From positions 90,001 to 122,000 of the forward strand of contig NZ_CP046578.1 in the NCBI RefSeq assembly GCF_013365455.1: 32,000 bases of DNA, in the 5' to 3' direction. The stretch is from Wolbachia endosymbiont of Dirofilaria (Dirofilaria) immitis (lineage in GTDB: Bacteria; Pseudomonadota; Alphaproteobacteria; Rickettsiales; Anaplasmataceae). A model generated the notes under the pieces. It was not told the DNA's origin. It saw only the letters and a list, made by a program, of their open reading frames with translations, and did no database searches. The translations under genes were made by a program, and so were the position numbers. Below are positions 1-9,870 of this stretch, piece by piece. Position 1 is the stretch's first letter. Each line of letters opens with the position of its first letter.

Positions 1-1
1 A

Positions 2-307
2 AAAAAGAATAACAAAAATAAGGATAAAGATGGAAAGGTTGCGGAAGGTGAGTACCGTATAGATTTTGCTAACTCAGAGGGTAAGGAGTGTTATGTTATT
101 GTTACAAGCGAGAAGAGCCAAGAAGTAGGCAATACTTTGCTCTTAGATATAAGTTCACTGAGCATGAAAAGCGATGAAGGTAAATATGTGGCTCAGACTG
201 AGATGTCAAAAATATTGGGACTGGACAAAGCTGGTGCTAAAGAGTTTAATACTTATTTAAACTCAGTTATTGTTGGGCAGGCTGTAGAGCAAGAACAAAC
301 AAAGTAA
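2..307 (+). CDS. 3' end of a hypothetical protein (partial, runs off the left edge)
   Basis: Open frame from base 2 to TAA at 305-307: KKNNKNKDGKVAEGEYRIDFANSEGKECYVIVTSEKSQEVGNTLLLDISSLSMKSDEGKYVAQTEMSKILGLDKAGAKEFNTYLNSVIVGQAVEQEQTK*. A strong terminator follows directly. Confidence 0.7.
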   Translation, partial: KKNNKNKDKDGKVAEGEYRIDFANSEGKECYVIVTSEKSQEVGNTLLLDISSLSMKSDEGKYVAQTEMSKILGLDKAGAKEFNTYLNSVIVGQAVEQEQTK

Positions 308-324
308 GTAGTATGGCTAAGTAA

Positions 325-353
325 AAAAGAGGTAGATCAAGTCTACCTCTTTT
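325..353 (+). terminator. Rho-independent-like terminator after the partial CDS
   Basis: AAAAGAGGTAGA-tcaag-TCTACCTCTTTT: perfect 12-bp inverted repeat with a 5-nt loop and a T tract, 18 nt after the stop codon. Confidence 0.75.
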
Positions 354-2034
354 TATCCTTCTTAAAAGTTCTTGAATTTCAAGCACTATATTTGTTGTAT
401 TTTTTCCTTATCAGGGGGTAGTGCTACCATGTAAGTAACTGCATTATTAGCATCTAGAAAAAAAAGAAATACAGATTCTAGTGTCGCGTACTGAAATGAT
501 GTTTATCTTTAGATTATAGTTGAAAGTATTGGAAGTTTCAACAAGTAGAAAAACAAAAAAACTGTAGTGTTGAGTTCAATTAATCTACTACTATTTCCTA
601 AAAAATCGCAGTTAATTTTTCCTTACAGATTTGCCTAAAGGCTTAATTGATAAAGAATGTTTCAGTTTTGGCTATAGGGAAGTTGGTTGATATTTGTTAA
701 GACCTTTTAGAAGTAAGTAGTATGAGTTGATAATTTTAAGTAAGCAGAAAAGAGATCAGTTTTTGATGTGAAAATAACAGGGGTTAAGTTATTGTAAAGA
801 ACAATAGTTGAAATTACAGCAGCATATTGCATTCACCTGCTGCTGTAATAAAACCTTCGGGTACTAAGAAGTTAATGCTTGCCAGTTAGCTTATAAGTTA
901 CTGCCTTGCTTGAATTAGTGGTGAATAATTGATATTAATGTTATTTTTAGTATAAAATAGACTAGCAATGAGGTACTTAAAGTAGTAGTCTCTTTTATGA
1001 GCTTCATTATTCGTTGTTTCATACCGGCAATAGTAGAAGGGGAAGAACATGGAGAAATTACTATGGCGCTCATAAAAAGAGAGCACTGATAATGTAAAAA
1101 AAAGGAGTAGTAGCGGTAAAGAGAATTCAAGCTGAATGTTATAATAAATTAGATATTAGTTATAACTGATGAGTAAGAAGTAGAACATTAGATAAATCCA
1201 TTAGGCTAGATTAAGTAGAGTTAGAATTGCTAAAATACGTGCTAAAGGAGGGTTAAATTTTTAATTGCTGAAGTACTAAACTATAGAATGAGAATATATT
1301 AGCGAGCAAACCTGTTGAATGTGCTATTTTTAAAATTATGTATACTGCTCTTGGATAAATTTAGACATTCTACTTAGGAGTAGAGTTGTAGCATTAAAAA
1401 CTCTAAATATAGAGAAGGAAATAATGTTTTTGACTCTATTTTAGAGGAGTATAAATAAGTAAGATTACAAGAAACTTCAGGCGTTATTAGTGTACTTGAC
1501 GAGTGCGCTGAAAATAAGGGAGTTACATGTATTTATAGTGACTAATCTGATGTTTACTGGTTTTCTCTAGTTGCTACAATAGTGATACCTACTCTACTAT
1601 AAATGCTTTTATGTATGTAAACTATGGTAAGGCAAGCTAAATTAGAAAGGTAAAAGAAGCTGTACTTAATACTTGTGAAAAAGATGATAAAAGTAATCTT
1701 AAGTTAACAGCAGGAAAATTTGGTGTGGGTTAGTGAGAACAACATATTAAAAGTTTTTGGATTATGTTTTAGTGAAGATTATTTGGTACAAGAGGCAATA
1801 AAAACATAAATATTTGGTAAAAAAGAAACAAGCCTACGCTCCTTTTCTAGATATTTTTTATTTTTTTAATTGATTAATATATTTAATAATTATCATCTAA
1901 TAATGATGATGCTTGTAATGTAAGAATAAGTGAATTTTGTTTACTGTTTATATCTATAAAGTAAAAGTGTTTGCATATTGTTAAAAAAACAGTAACTTAT
2001 TATCAAGTGAATCTGCTAAATTTGAGAAATGTAA

Positions 2035-3224
2035 ATGTCTATTAACCTCAGTTTCTCAGAATTGCCTGTACTATATCCAAGAATTACTGTTATAGGTGTT
2101 GGTGGTGCTGGTGGAAATGCTGTGAATAACATGATTCAATCTAATTTACAGGGAGTAAATTTTGTTGTAGCAAATACGGATGCTCAAGCGCTAGAAAAGT
2201 CATTGTGCGATAAAAAAATTCAGCTGGGTATTGATTTAACTAAAGGGCTCGGTGCTGGTGCCTTACCTGATATTGGTAAAGGTGCAGCAGAAGAATCGAT
2301 TAAAGAAATTATGGAACATATAAAGGATAGTCATATGCTCTTTATAACAGCAGGAATGGGTGGTGGTACTGGTACAGGTGCAGCGCCAGTAATTGCAAAA
2401 GCGGCAAGAGAAGCAAGAACTGCAGTGAAAGATAAAATGTTAAGAGAAAAAAAATATTAACTGTTGGAGTTGTAACTAAGCCATTTGGCTTCGAAGGTGT
2501 ACGTCGTATGCGTATTGCAGAGCTCGGATTAGAGGAATTGCAAAAATATGTAGATACACTTATTGTTATTCCAAATCAAAACTTGTTTAGAATTGCTAAT
2601 GAAAAAACCACGTTTGCTGATGCATTTAAACTTGCTGATAATGTTCTGCACATTGGTATTAGAGGAGTAACTGACTTAATGATTATGCCAGGGCTCATTA
2701 ACCTTGACTTTGCTGATATAGGAACAGTGATGAGCGAAATGGGCAAAGCAATGATTGGTACTGGAGAGGCAGGAGGGGAAAATAGGGCAATTAATGCTGC
2801 AGAGGCTGCAATGTCTAATCCATTGCTTGATAATGTATCGATGAAAGGCGCGCAGGGGATATTGATTAACATTACGGGTAGTGGGGACATGACTCTATTT
2901 GAAGTTGATGCTGCAGCAAATAGAGTGCGTGAAGAAGTGGATGAAAATGCAAATATAATATTTGGTGCTACTTTCGATCAAGCGATGGAAGGTAAAGTTA
3001 GAGTTTCTATTCTTGCAACTGGTATTGATAGTAGTGCTATCCGTGATGATAGAGTGGAAACTTCCTCTGTTAGTCAAACTAGGGCTTTAAAGGAAGAAAA
3101 GTTTAAGTGGCCTTACAGCCAAACTTCAGTGCCGGAGACGAAGACGACTGAGCAAGTAAGTGAAAAGGTAAGATGGAATAATAACATTTATGATATACCA
3201 GCTTACTTAAGGAGAAAAAAATAA
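2035..3224 (+). CDS. ftsZ: Cell division protein FtsZ, split into two frames (2035-2460 and 2454-3224)
   Basis: ORF1 has [14 protein letters not shown] and [13 protein letters not shown]. After A8 at 2447-2454, the -1 frame continues [44 protein letters not shown] through to [15 protein letters not shown]. Together the two parts cover a complete Wolbachia-type FtsZ. Confidence 0.93.
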
Positions 3225-3597
3225 TGCAATTTTTGTGCTATTTCAGTCAGAACTAAGTGAATATTTATTATAGAAATATGGAAAGAATAGTAAAGTAGGT
3301 GGTGTATTCAACTATCAAGTTTAAAGTTATATAATAGGGTATAGAGCTGAGGTGGATTTACTTTTTTTGCTATACAGGTAAAGAAGAAGTGGTATTTGAA
3401 GTAATTAAAGTCTTTAAGAAATATAATTATGGTAGCGGTTGTTGATTTGGATCAGTGGTTATGAAATTTTCTGAGTTTTTAAGTAATCAGACGGCGTTGA
3501 GTGATATAAAAAAATCTACTTTTGAAAATATAACTATGTTAAAACGGCTATGTTTATCAGTTTTTTTAGTCTCAGAAATAAATAGAAGGGTGAATAA

Positions 3598-4074
3598 ATG
3601 TTAGAAGTAAATGTTTTTGATGAGAGATGGAATAGTATTGTAGAGGATCCAGAGCGATTTGTGTTAAATATTATAAATGTTTCTCTACAGAAATTAGAGA
3701 TAGATCACTATAAACCAAGTATATCAGTGGTTCTTGCTGATGATGATTTGCTACATCAACTTAATTTAAAGTTTAGAAAAATGAATAAACCGACTAATGT
3801 ATTATCATTTCGGTATGAGCAACTATCTAGTAAGTGTGATTTAGGTGATGTAGCGATTTCAATAGATACAATACAAAAAGAGTCGAATGAATATAGTGTA
3901 TCTACTATAGCTTATGTTGCGCATATGTTAGTGCATGGATTGTTACATTTGCTTGGTTACGATCACCAAAAAGAAGATGAAGAAATTATAATGAAAAGCT
4001 GGGAAAGCAGGATTTTGACTTCGCTTAGCTGCAATTACTTGTCTGATTTAGAAGGAGATTTAACAAAAGTATAG
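3598..4074 (+). CDS. ybeY: Endoribonuclease YbeY (16S rRNA maturation)
   Basis: Contains the UPF0054 metal-binding motif [11 protein letters not shown] and the upstream NVLSF segment. Confidence 0.9.
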   Translation: MLEVNVFDERWNSIVEDPERFVLNIINVSLQKLEIDHYKPSISVVLADDDLLHQLNLKFRKMNKPTNVLSFRYEQLSSKCDLGDVAISIDTIQKESNEYSVSTIAYVAHMLVHGLLHLLGYDHQKEDEEIIMKSWESRILTSLSCNYLSDLEGDLTKV

Positions 4075-4145
4075 TAGGTAATGGTAAAATATGTTATTTA
4101 CAAAATAAAGGATATTTTTAGCTATAAACAATAAAAGGTAAATGT

Positions 4146-4934
4146 ATGGTCCAGTTTTCTTTACCAAAGAATTCTAAAGTTAATAGAAAGGGTAAAGTTT
4201 ATCCTGCTCCTGCTAGGGCAAAAAACGTTAGAAGATTTCAAATTTACCGTTGGTCAGCTGATGACGGAGAAAATCCTAGGATAGACACATTTTTTATTGA
4301 TATGGATGATTGTGGCTCTATGGTGCTTGATGCGTTAATAAAGATAAAAAATGAAGTAGATTCGACCTTAACTTTTAGGCGTTCTTGCAGAGAAGGAATA
4401 TGTGGATCTTGTGCTATGAATATTGGTGGAACCAATACTCTTGCATGTATTAAGTCTATATCTGATATAAAAGGTGATGTGAAAGTATATCCATTGCCTC
4501 ACATGTATGTAATAAAAGACCTAGTTTCTGACCTGAGCCAATTTTATGAGCAATATAAGTCGATTAACCCTTGGTTACAAGCAGATAAGCCTGAATTACC
4601 GAACAAAGAATATTCACAATCTCCTAAAGATAGAAGAAAACTTGATGGACTTTCTGATTGTATATTATGTGCCTGTTGTTCAACTAGTTGTCCGAATTAC
4701 TGGTGGAACAGTGATAAATTTTTAGGGCCAGCAATACTATTGCAGGCTTACAGGTGGATTGTTGATAGCCGTGATGGTAAGACAAATGAGAGGCTTGATG
4801 CCTTAAGTGATCCATTTAGGTTATATTGCTGTCATACAATAATGAGTTGTACGAAAACCTGTCCTAAAGGGCTTAATCCAGCAAGAGCAATAGTAAAAAT
4901 AAAGCAGCTTATGCTAGAGAGGGGAGGAGTTTGA
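4146..4934 (+). CDS. sdhB: Succinate dehydrogenase iron-sulfur subunit
   Basis: Cysteine clusters [15 protein letters not shown]...[17 protein letters not shown] and [18 protein letters not shown]. Confidence 0.95.
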   Translation: MVQFSLPKNSKVNRKGKVYPAPARAKNVRRFQIYRWSADDGENPRIDTFFIDMDDCGSMVLDALIKIKNEVDSTLTFRRSCREGICGSCAMNIGGTNTLACIKSISDIKGDVKVYPLPHMYVIKDLVSDLSQFYEQYKSINPWLQADKPELPNKEYSQSPKDRRKLDGLSDCILCACCSTSCPNYWWNSDKFLGPAILLQAYRWIVDSRDGKTNERLDALSDPFRLYCCHTIMSCTKTCPKGLNPARAIVKIKQLMLERGGV

Positions 4935-6074
4935 ATGGTACCTCTTGCACTCCTCGTATGAGAAAAGTAGACCTTCTGAAGCATAAGGTATTATTAATAT
5001 TCTAAATGCTTTTCCATTTGTGAAGTGGATTGTACTATTATATGGCACAAGTAATTTTTTGAATAACTCGTGCCTTTGGCTACTAATGGTTTTAAAATCC
5101 TCTTGTTTTAAAAGTTTTTTGGATTCAAATAAGTGAAACATGACTTCGTGATAAGTGGGATAAGATGCCAAGAGCTTTGTGTCAAATTGAAAGGTTTTTA
5201 CAAAAGCATTGTTAAAAAACTTTAGTTTTTGATTTTTGCCATATATCGTGATAGCAATTGGTAGCTCCTCGAGTAAATTTTTCTGTGCGGCTAAGTAGCT
5301 ATCTAGTTTGACATGTAACTCCTCTGTATCACTAATATCTTTTCCATACACTATTATGCTGCTGGAATTTCGTATTGGAATTTTAATGAAATCAAAAATT
5401 TTGCGCTCATTTTTGTAAGTTATTACATGTTTTCCTGATTTTGTGCTTTGAGTGCTGTTAGGAACAGCCAATCTTTGGGAGCTATTTATATATTTATCAT
5501 AAAAAAAATTGTAAAACTTTACCTTTTTGTTTTCATTATATTTGAGTATTGGAAATGGTAGAGAGTTGAAAATGTTTCTATAGCTCTCTATTTTTTGTTT
5601 AAGTTTATTGTTTTCTAGCTCAAGTTCAGTAGCTTGTATCTTATAGTCTGAGATATTTCTTATCCATAGGAGTACTCCGATCACAGTATTAGAATCATCT
5701 ACTATGCTTCTGCCATAGCATATACAGTAAACCTCACCATCTTTTGACTTTAAATCTAAAGTGAAGGATTTATTTATTTTTTTTGCCTCAGTAAAATTTT
5801 TAATTAGACTTTCTGATTGCTCGAAAAAATTTACGAACTCATTGAATGAATAAAAAACGGTATTGAGCAAAATCAGCAAATTAGGAGAGAATTTTTCTAT
5901 GCGTTTTTTTGCATCCCAGATATAAAAACCATCGTCTATAGTATCAATTAGATTATTTATTATGATATTTTGATGCTGTAGGCTCTTAATTCTATTATCT
6001 ACTTTCAATTTGGAATAAGAGAGAAAAAATAGTATTAAAATTAATAATAAAACTACTTCGTACAAAAAAAACAT
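4914..6074 (-). CDS. Membrane-anchored PAS-domain sensor-like protein with no histidine kinase domain
   Basis: 386 aa: N-terminal hydrophobic segment, coiled stretch, then repeated PAS-like blocks ([25 protein letters not shown]; [15 protein letters not shown]; [25 protein letters not shown]). Ends without an H-box or HATPase motif. Confidence 0.6.
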   Translation of the reverse strand: MFFLYEVVLLLILILFFLSYSKLKVDNRIKSLQHQNIIINNLIDTIDDGFYIWDAKKRIEKFSPNLLILLNTVFYSFNEFVNFFEQSESLIKNFTEAKKINKSFTLDLKSKDGEVYCICYGRSIVDDSNTVIGVLLWIRNISDYKIQATELELENNKLKQKIESYRNIFNSLPFPILKYNENKKVKFYNFFYDKYINSSQRLAVPNSTQSTKSGKHVITYKNERKIFDFIKIPIRNSSSIIVYGKDISDTEELHVKLDSYLAAQKNLLEELPIAITIYGKNQKLKFFNNAFVKTFQFDTKLLASYPTYHEVMFHLFESKKLLKQEDFKTISSQRHELFKKLLVPYNSTIHFTNGKAFRILIIPYASEGLLFSYEECKRYHSNSSPL

Positions 6075-6130
6075 AGTACTTTTAAAATGGACGTAAAAAT
6101 TTGTAACTGCTCAATAAAGGCATGTATAAG

Positions 6131-6910
6131 TTACGCTGAAGAAGTATACAAGTAAAGATTGCCTAATATCTGAAAGCCTAATCTTTTATAGAGGTTAACA
6201 GAAGGTTTCATACAATGTGCTACTACATATTTGCATTTAAGCTGCTGGATTATTTTGATTCTTTCTAAAACCATTTGGGTGCCTATTCCACGATTTCTAT
6301 GAATTGGTAAAACTCCATCACTGTAGAAACCGGCTACGCTATCTTGAATATAAAAACCGCATGTTCCGACAACTTCGTTATTTAGTGTTACAAGGAAGAA
6401 CTTTAATCCTGAGTTTTTATCATCGTAGTTTGGTAATCCGCGAAAAAATGTACTGACAATTCCAACATTATGATGAAAAATTCTAGAGGTACATAAATCT
6501 AACTGTTCCAAGAGGTTGCTATTGTTTACGATGTTTAACCTTAAATTTGGAACAACGTCAGCAGATAGGAGATAATTTTTCATATTAAGTAAAACTTTTT
6601 TCGGTGTACTAACGTGTTTTATTTCACTATTTTCTAAAATATTTTTTGCCCTTATATGTGAATTCATTACCCATGTTGCTTCTATGTTTCTTGTTCTAAG
6701 ATAATCTAGAGTTTTTTGTATAGAAAGTTTAGTACATTGATCTCCACAGAACACAAAGTTGAATAATGATTCCTTAGTTCCATTTATTGTAAACCCGATG
6801 TTATCAAATTCATTATGCACTTCCCACTGAGATAAGTTTGCTGTGTGCAGTATGTAATCCTTTAGATTTTGAGTAACTAGGCTTGAATAGTAGATTTCCT
6901 TATCCTGCAT
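6131..6910 (-). CDS. GNAT-family N-acetyltransferase
   Basis: C-terminal GNAT motif A: FYSDGVLPIHRNRGIGTQMVLERIKIIQQLKCKYVVAHCMKPSVNLYKRLGFQILGNLYLY. Confidence 0.8.
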   Translation of the reverse strand: MQDKEIYYSSLVTQNLKDYILHTANLSQWEVHNEFDNIGFTINGTKESLFNFVFCGDQCTKLSIQKTLDYLRTRNIEATWVMNSHIRAKNILENSEIKHVSTPKKVLLNMKNYLLSADVVPNLRLNIVNNSNLLEQLDLCTSRIFHHNVGIVSTFFRGLPNYDDKNSGLKFFLVTLNNEVVGTCGFYIQDSVAGFYSDGVLPIHRNRGIGTQMVLERIKIIQQLKCKYVVAHCMKPSVNLYKRLGFQILGNLYLYTSSA

Positions 6911-7382
6911 ACACAGATAATGAATAATAAAAAGCCTCTATAAGAACACAAGCTAAGATTGCGGCTATAATATCATCTAGCATAACGCCTAGAGGACACT
7001 TGATGTTTTTATTAATCAAATTTATAGGCCATATTTTTATTATATCAAAAAACCTAAAAGAAAAAAAGCATAACATTAATAAAAGGCTATTCACTTCTTG
7101 GTTTAGCGGTACCGAAATTAAAAATATTGTTAATAATTGGCCAACTACTTCGTCAATTACTACCTCTTTTGGATCATGTAGGGTCTGGTAATGTTTTGTA
7201 TAGTTACTTATTGACCATAATCCAATTAAAAATAAGAAAAGAATAGTTGTTGCACCTAGAGTTCTATTACTTAGTACTATAGGAACAACTGGGTAAGAAG
7301 CTAAGCTGCCTACAGTACCTGGCATTTTCTTTATTGTGCCAGATAGCCACCATGTTGATATCAGTTTGTAAAAAATTTTCAT
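6900..7382 (-). CDS. pgpA: Phosphatidylglycerophosphatase A
   Basis: GTVGSLASYP, KEVVIDEVVGQLL, FFSFRFFDIIKIWPI and GVMLDDIIAAI are PgpA family motifs. Overlaps the downstream GNAT gene by 11 nt. Confidence 0.88.
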   Translation of the reverse strand: MKIFYKLISTWWLSGTIKKMPGTVGSLASYPVVPIVLSNRTLGATTILFLFLIGLWSISNYTKHYQTLHDPKEVVIDEVVGQLLTIFLISVPLNQEVNSLLLMLCFFSFRFFDIIKIWPINLINKNIKCPLGVMLDDIIAAILACVLIEAFYYSLSVYAG

Positions 7383-7401
7383 AATACACTAAAGTAAAAG
7401 A

Positions 7402-8385
7402 TTAACTTAAAAAAACGGAAACGGTATCCTCTATAGGAGCATTTTCGTATAATAATCTATAAACCGCTTCACATATAGACATTTTTATTTTTAGCTTTTC
7501 TGCTAAATAAAATACGGATTGAGCAGTACTAAAACCTTCAGTCACTAATTTTCCTTCTGACAAAATTTGCTGAATGTTAAAACTATTATTACTACTACCT
7601 ATTTTAGATCCAAGAGATAAGTTTCTTGAATTTAAGGATGTGCATGTCATAATTAGATCGCCTAAACATGCTGGTCCAAGTAATGTGTCTATGTCTATGT
7701 TATTGTTATTGATTTTTGCTAAATAAAAAGTTTTGATTTCATTCATACTTTTTGTTATTAATGCTGCGTGGGTATTGTAGCCGAGTTTCTTGCCCAGAAT
7801 AACTCCACATGCTATAGCAAAAACGTTCTTTAGTGCTGCACAAATTTGCACCCCTATAACATCACTACTAAAATGTAACTTGATATTTTCTTGATGTAGT
7901 TCTGACATCAACTTTGAGCCTAGTGTATAGTTTTGACATGCAAGAACCATTGAATAAGGCAGTTTTTTTGCGACTTCCATCGCAAAGCTAGGACCTGAAA
8001 AAATAGCAACAGGGTTGTTAGGTAAAACTTCATTTACTATTTCACTTGGTAATTTTAATGTTGATCTTTCTATTCCTTTACAAGCTAAAATCATTGCTAC
8101 ATCTTTCTGCAATCCACAATTATATAACTGCTGGCATACCTGCCTTAGAGACTGAACAGGAACAGCGAAGATTATTGCTGAAGCATTAATTGTTTCTTCA
8201 ATGGTTGACTTTACTAACACATTGTCAGAAATTCGATAACCAGGTAACTTATCGCTTTCTCTTACTTTATTGATTAATTCAAATGTAGTTCTGCTACGGG
8301 CCCACAGGACTACATTCTGTTTATCACTCAGTGAAATTGCAATTGCTGTACCCCATGCACCAGCGCCTAAAATTGATATTGTCAC
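7402..8385 (-). CDS. gpsA: Glycerol-3-phosphate dehydrogenase [NAD(P)+]
   Basis: N-terminal Rossmann motif ILGAGAWGTAIA; IFSGPSFAMEVAKKLP; NVFAIACGVILGKKLGYNTHAAL; GPACLGDLIMTCTS. Confidence 0.93.
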   Translation of the reverse strand: MTISILGAGAWGTAIAISLSDKQNVVLWARSRTTFELINKVRESDKLPGYRISDNVLVKSTIEETINASAIIFAVPVQSLRQVCQQLYNCGLQKDVAMILACKGIERSTLKLPSEIVNEVLPNNPVAIFSGPSFAMEVAKKLPYSMVLACQNYTLGSKLMSELHQENIKLHFSSDVIGVQICAALKNVFAIACGVILGKKLGYNTHAALITKSMNEIKTFYLAKINNNNIDIDTLLGPACLGDLIMTCTSLNSRNLSLGSKIGSSNNSFNIQQILSEGKLVTEGFSTAQSVFYLAEKLKIKMSICEAVYRLLYENAPIEDTVSVFLS

Positions 8386-8466
8386 ACAATGCTCCTAAAA
8401 ATTATTATTCTACTTTAGAATGGTGTGATAAGTAAATTAAAATATGACATAGATATGTAAAATAAT

Positions 8467-8481
8467 TAAATATTTATTAAC
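8467..8481. promoter_or_regulatory. Candidate CtrA box TTAA-N7-TTAA
   Basis: TTAA-ATATTTA-TTAA in the divergent gpsA/ctrA intergenic region; exact match to the alphaproteobacterial CtrA full-site consensus. Confidence 0.35.
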
Positions 8482-8710
8482 TTAAGTGCTCTTTTATGAT
8501 GATGTCTTTAATTCAATATTTACTGAAAATAATGTTATTTTTATGATATATAGTATATCTATTATGTATATTTTAGATCTGTTTATATGATTTTGGAATG
8601 GTATGTCCATTATAGTAGTTTTGACAATTTGTTAATAAAAGTTTGATTTGTTACTTTCCTTAGTTATATATATATTGCTAAAATTATAAATTACTTACGG
8701 GGTATGAAAT

Positions 8711-9481
8711 ATGCGTATATTGTTAATTGAAGATGATCAAGTAAGTGCAAAGACTGTAGTTAACGCTTTAACTTCTGATGGACACTTTTGTGATGTTGTG
8801 ACTTCTGCACAAGACTACAATAATAATATGGTTTCCTCGAATGGGGATCATTACGACCTAGTTATTCTAGATATACACTTACCAGGTGATATTGATGGAT
8901 ACGATATATTATTAAGGTTAAGAAGTGCAAAAATTAAAGTTCCTGTCTTAATACTTTCGTGCATATCTGCTGTTAATCAAAAAGCTAAAGGACTAGGGTA
9001 CGGTGCTGATGATTACTTAACTAAACCATTCCATAAGAGTGAGCTGCTTGCTCGAATAAAGGCAATAGTTCGTCGTACTAAAGGCCATCCTGAATCGGTG
9101 ATAAAGATTGGTAATATAAATATTAATTTTGATCATAGGGTTGTTGAAGTAAAAGGTAGAGCAGTTCACCTAACTAATAAAGAATATTCTATGATAGAAT
9201 TACTAGCGTTGCGTAAAGGTACTGTATTAACAAAAGAAATGTTTTTAAACCATCTCTATAATGGTTTAGATGAACCTTCAGATAATAAGATAGTTGATGT
9301 CTTTATGTGTAAGTTACGTAAGAAACTTGAGAGTGCAAATGATGGGAAAAGCCATATAGAAACTGTTTGGGGCAGAGGATATGTCCTGAAAGAATATCTT
9401 GATGATGAGGAATATTCTAACGTTAATGTAGGAGAGAATAATGGTGGCTATCAAGCAGAACAAGTGAAGGACGGTGCATAA
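8711..9481 (+). CDS. ctrA: Cell-cycle response regulator CtrA (OmpR-type DNA-binding domain)
   Basis: Receiver motifs LLIEDD, LVILDIHLPG and YLTKPF; winged-helix segment LTNKEYSMIELLALRKGTVLTKEMFLNHLYNGLDEPSDNKIVDVFMCKLRKKL...TVWGRGYVL. Confidence 0.93.
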   Translation: MRILLIEDDQVSAKTVVNALTSDGHFCDVVTSAQDYNNNMVSSNGDHYDLVILDIHLPGDIDGYDILLRLRSAKIKVPVLILSCISAVNQKAKGLGYGADDYLTKPFHKSELLARIKAIVRRTKGHPESVIKIGNININFDHRVVEVKGRAVHLTNKEYSMIELLALRKGTVLTKEMFLNHLYNGLDEPSDNKIVDVFMCKLRKKLESANDGKSHIETVWGRGYVLKEYLDDEEYSNVNVGENNGGYQAEQVKDGA

Positions 9482-9526
9482 AATGCTTATACATAGGCTA
9501 TTGTACTGATACTTATATGAATGCCT

Positions 9527-9870
9527 AGGTGAAATATAAGCCGAGTTCTGTTTATGTAGCTATTTATCTGGAGTAAATGTTACCATTTACTGCATGCGAT
9601 TTACCCGAGTAGACATGAGGAAAAGCATAAGACCTACTCTTATTTAATCTTGCTCCTAGTGTTGGTTACTCAACTACCAATGTTGCCATTGGTATGGTAT
9701 GCTCTTACCACACCTTTTCACCCTTACCTGAAAGTACTTAGGCGGTAATTTTCTGTAGCCCTAAACTGGAGTTACCCCCGGCGGGTATTACCCGTCACTA
9801 TTTTCCCTTGGAGCCCGGACTTTCCTCTGCTGTATTTATTACACAACAGCAGCTACTTATTTCACCCAGA
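9527..9870 (-). ncRNA. rnpB: RNase P RNA (bacterial class A)
   Basis: Reverse complement has AGAGGAAAGTCCGGGCTCC near the 5' end, TAAGGGTGAAAAGGTG internally and AACAGAACTCGGCTTAT at the 3' end. The ends can pair as P1 (GGTGAAATAAG with CTTATATTTCACC). Ends are approximate. Confidence 0.92.

Noticed and set aside
898-1130. Overlapping ORFs (62 aa minus, 71 aa) in the left gene desert
   Set aside because: Low-complexity AT-rich translation, two opposing frames on the same DNA, no family features.
2576-3077. Minus-strand ORFs of 104 and 60 aa (2576-2890, 2895-3077)
   Set aside because: Antisense to ftsZ; mirror ORFs of conserved coding sequence with no recognisable protein signal.
3461-3604. 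Small plus-strand ORF ([47 protein letters not shown]) just before ybeY
   Set aside because: Overlaps the ybeY start and is about 47 aa; possibly a remnant or small protein, but sequence alone does not support a call.
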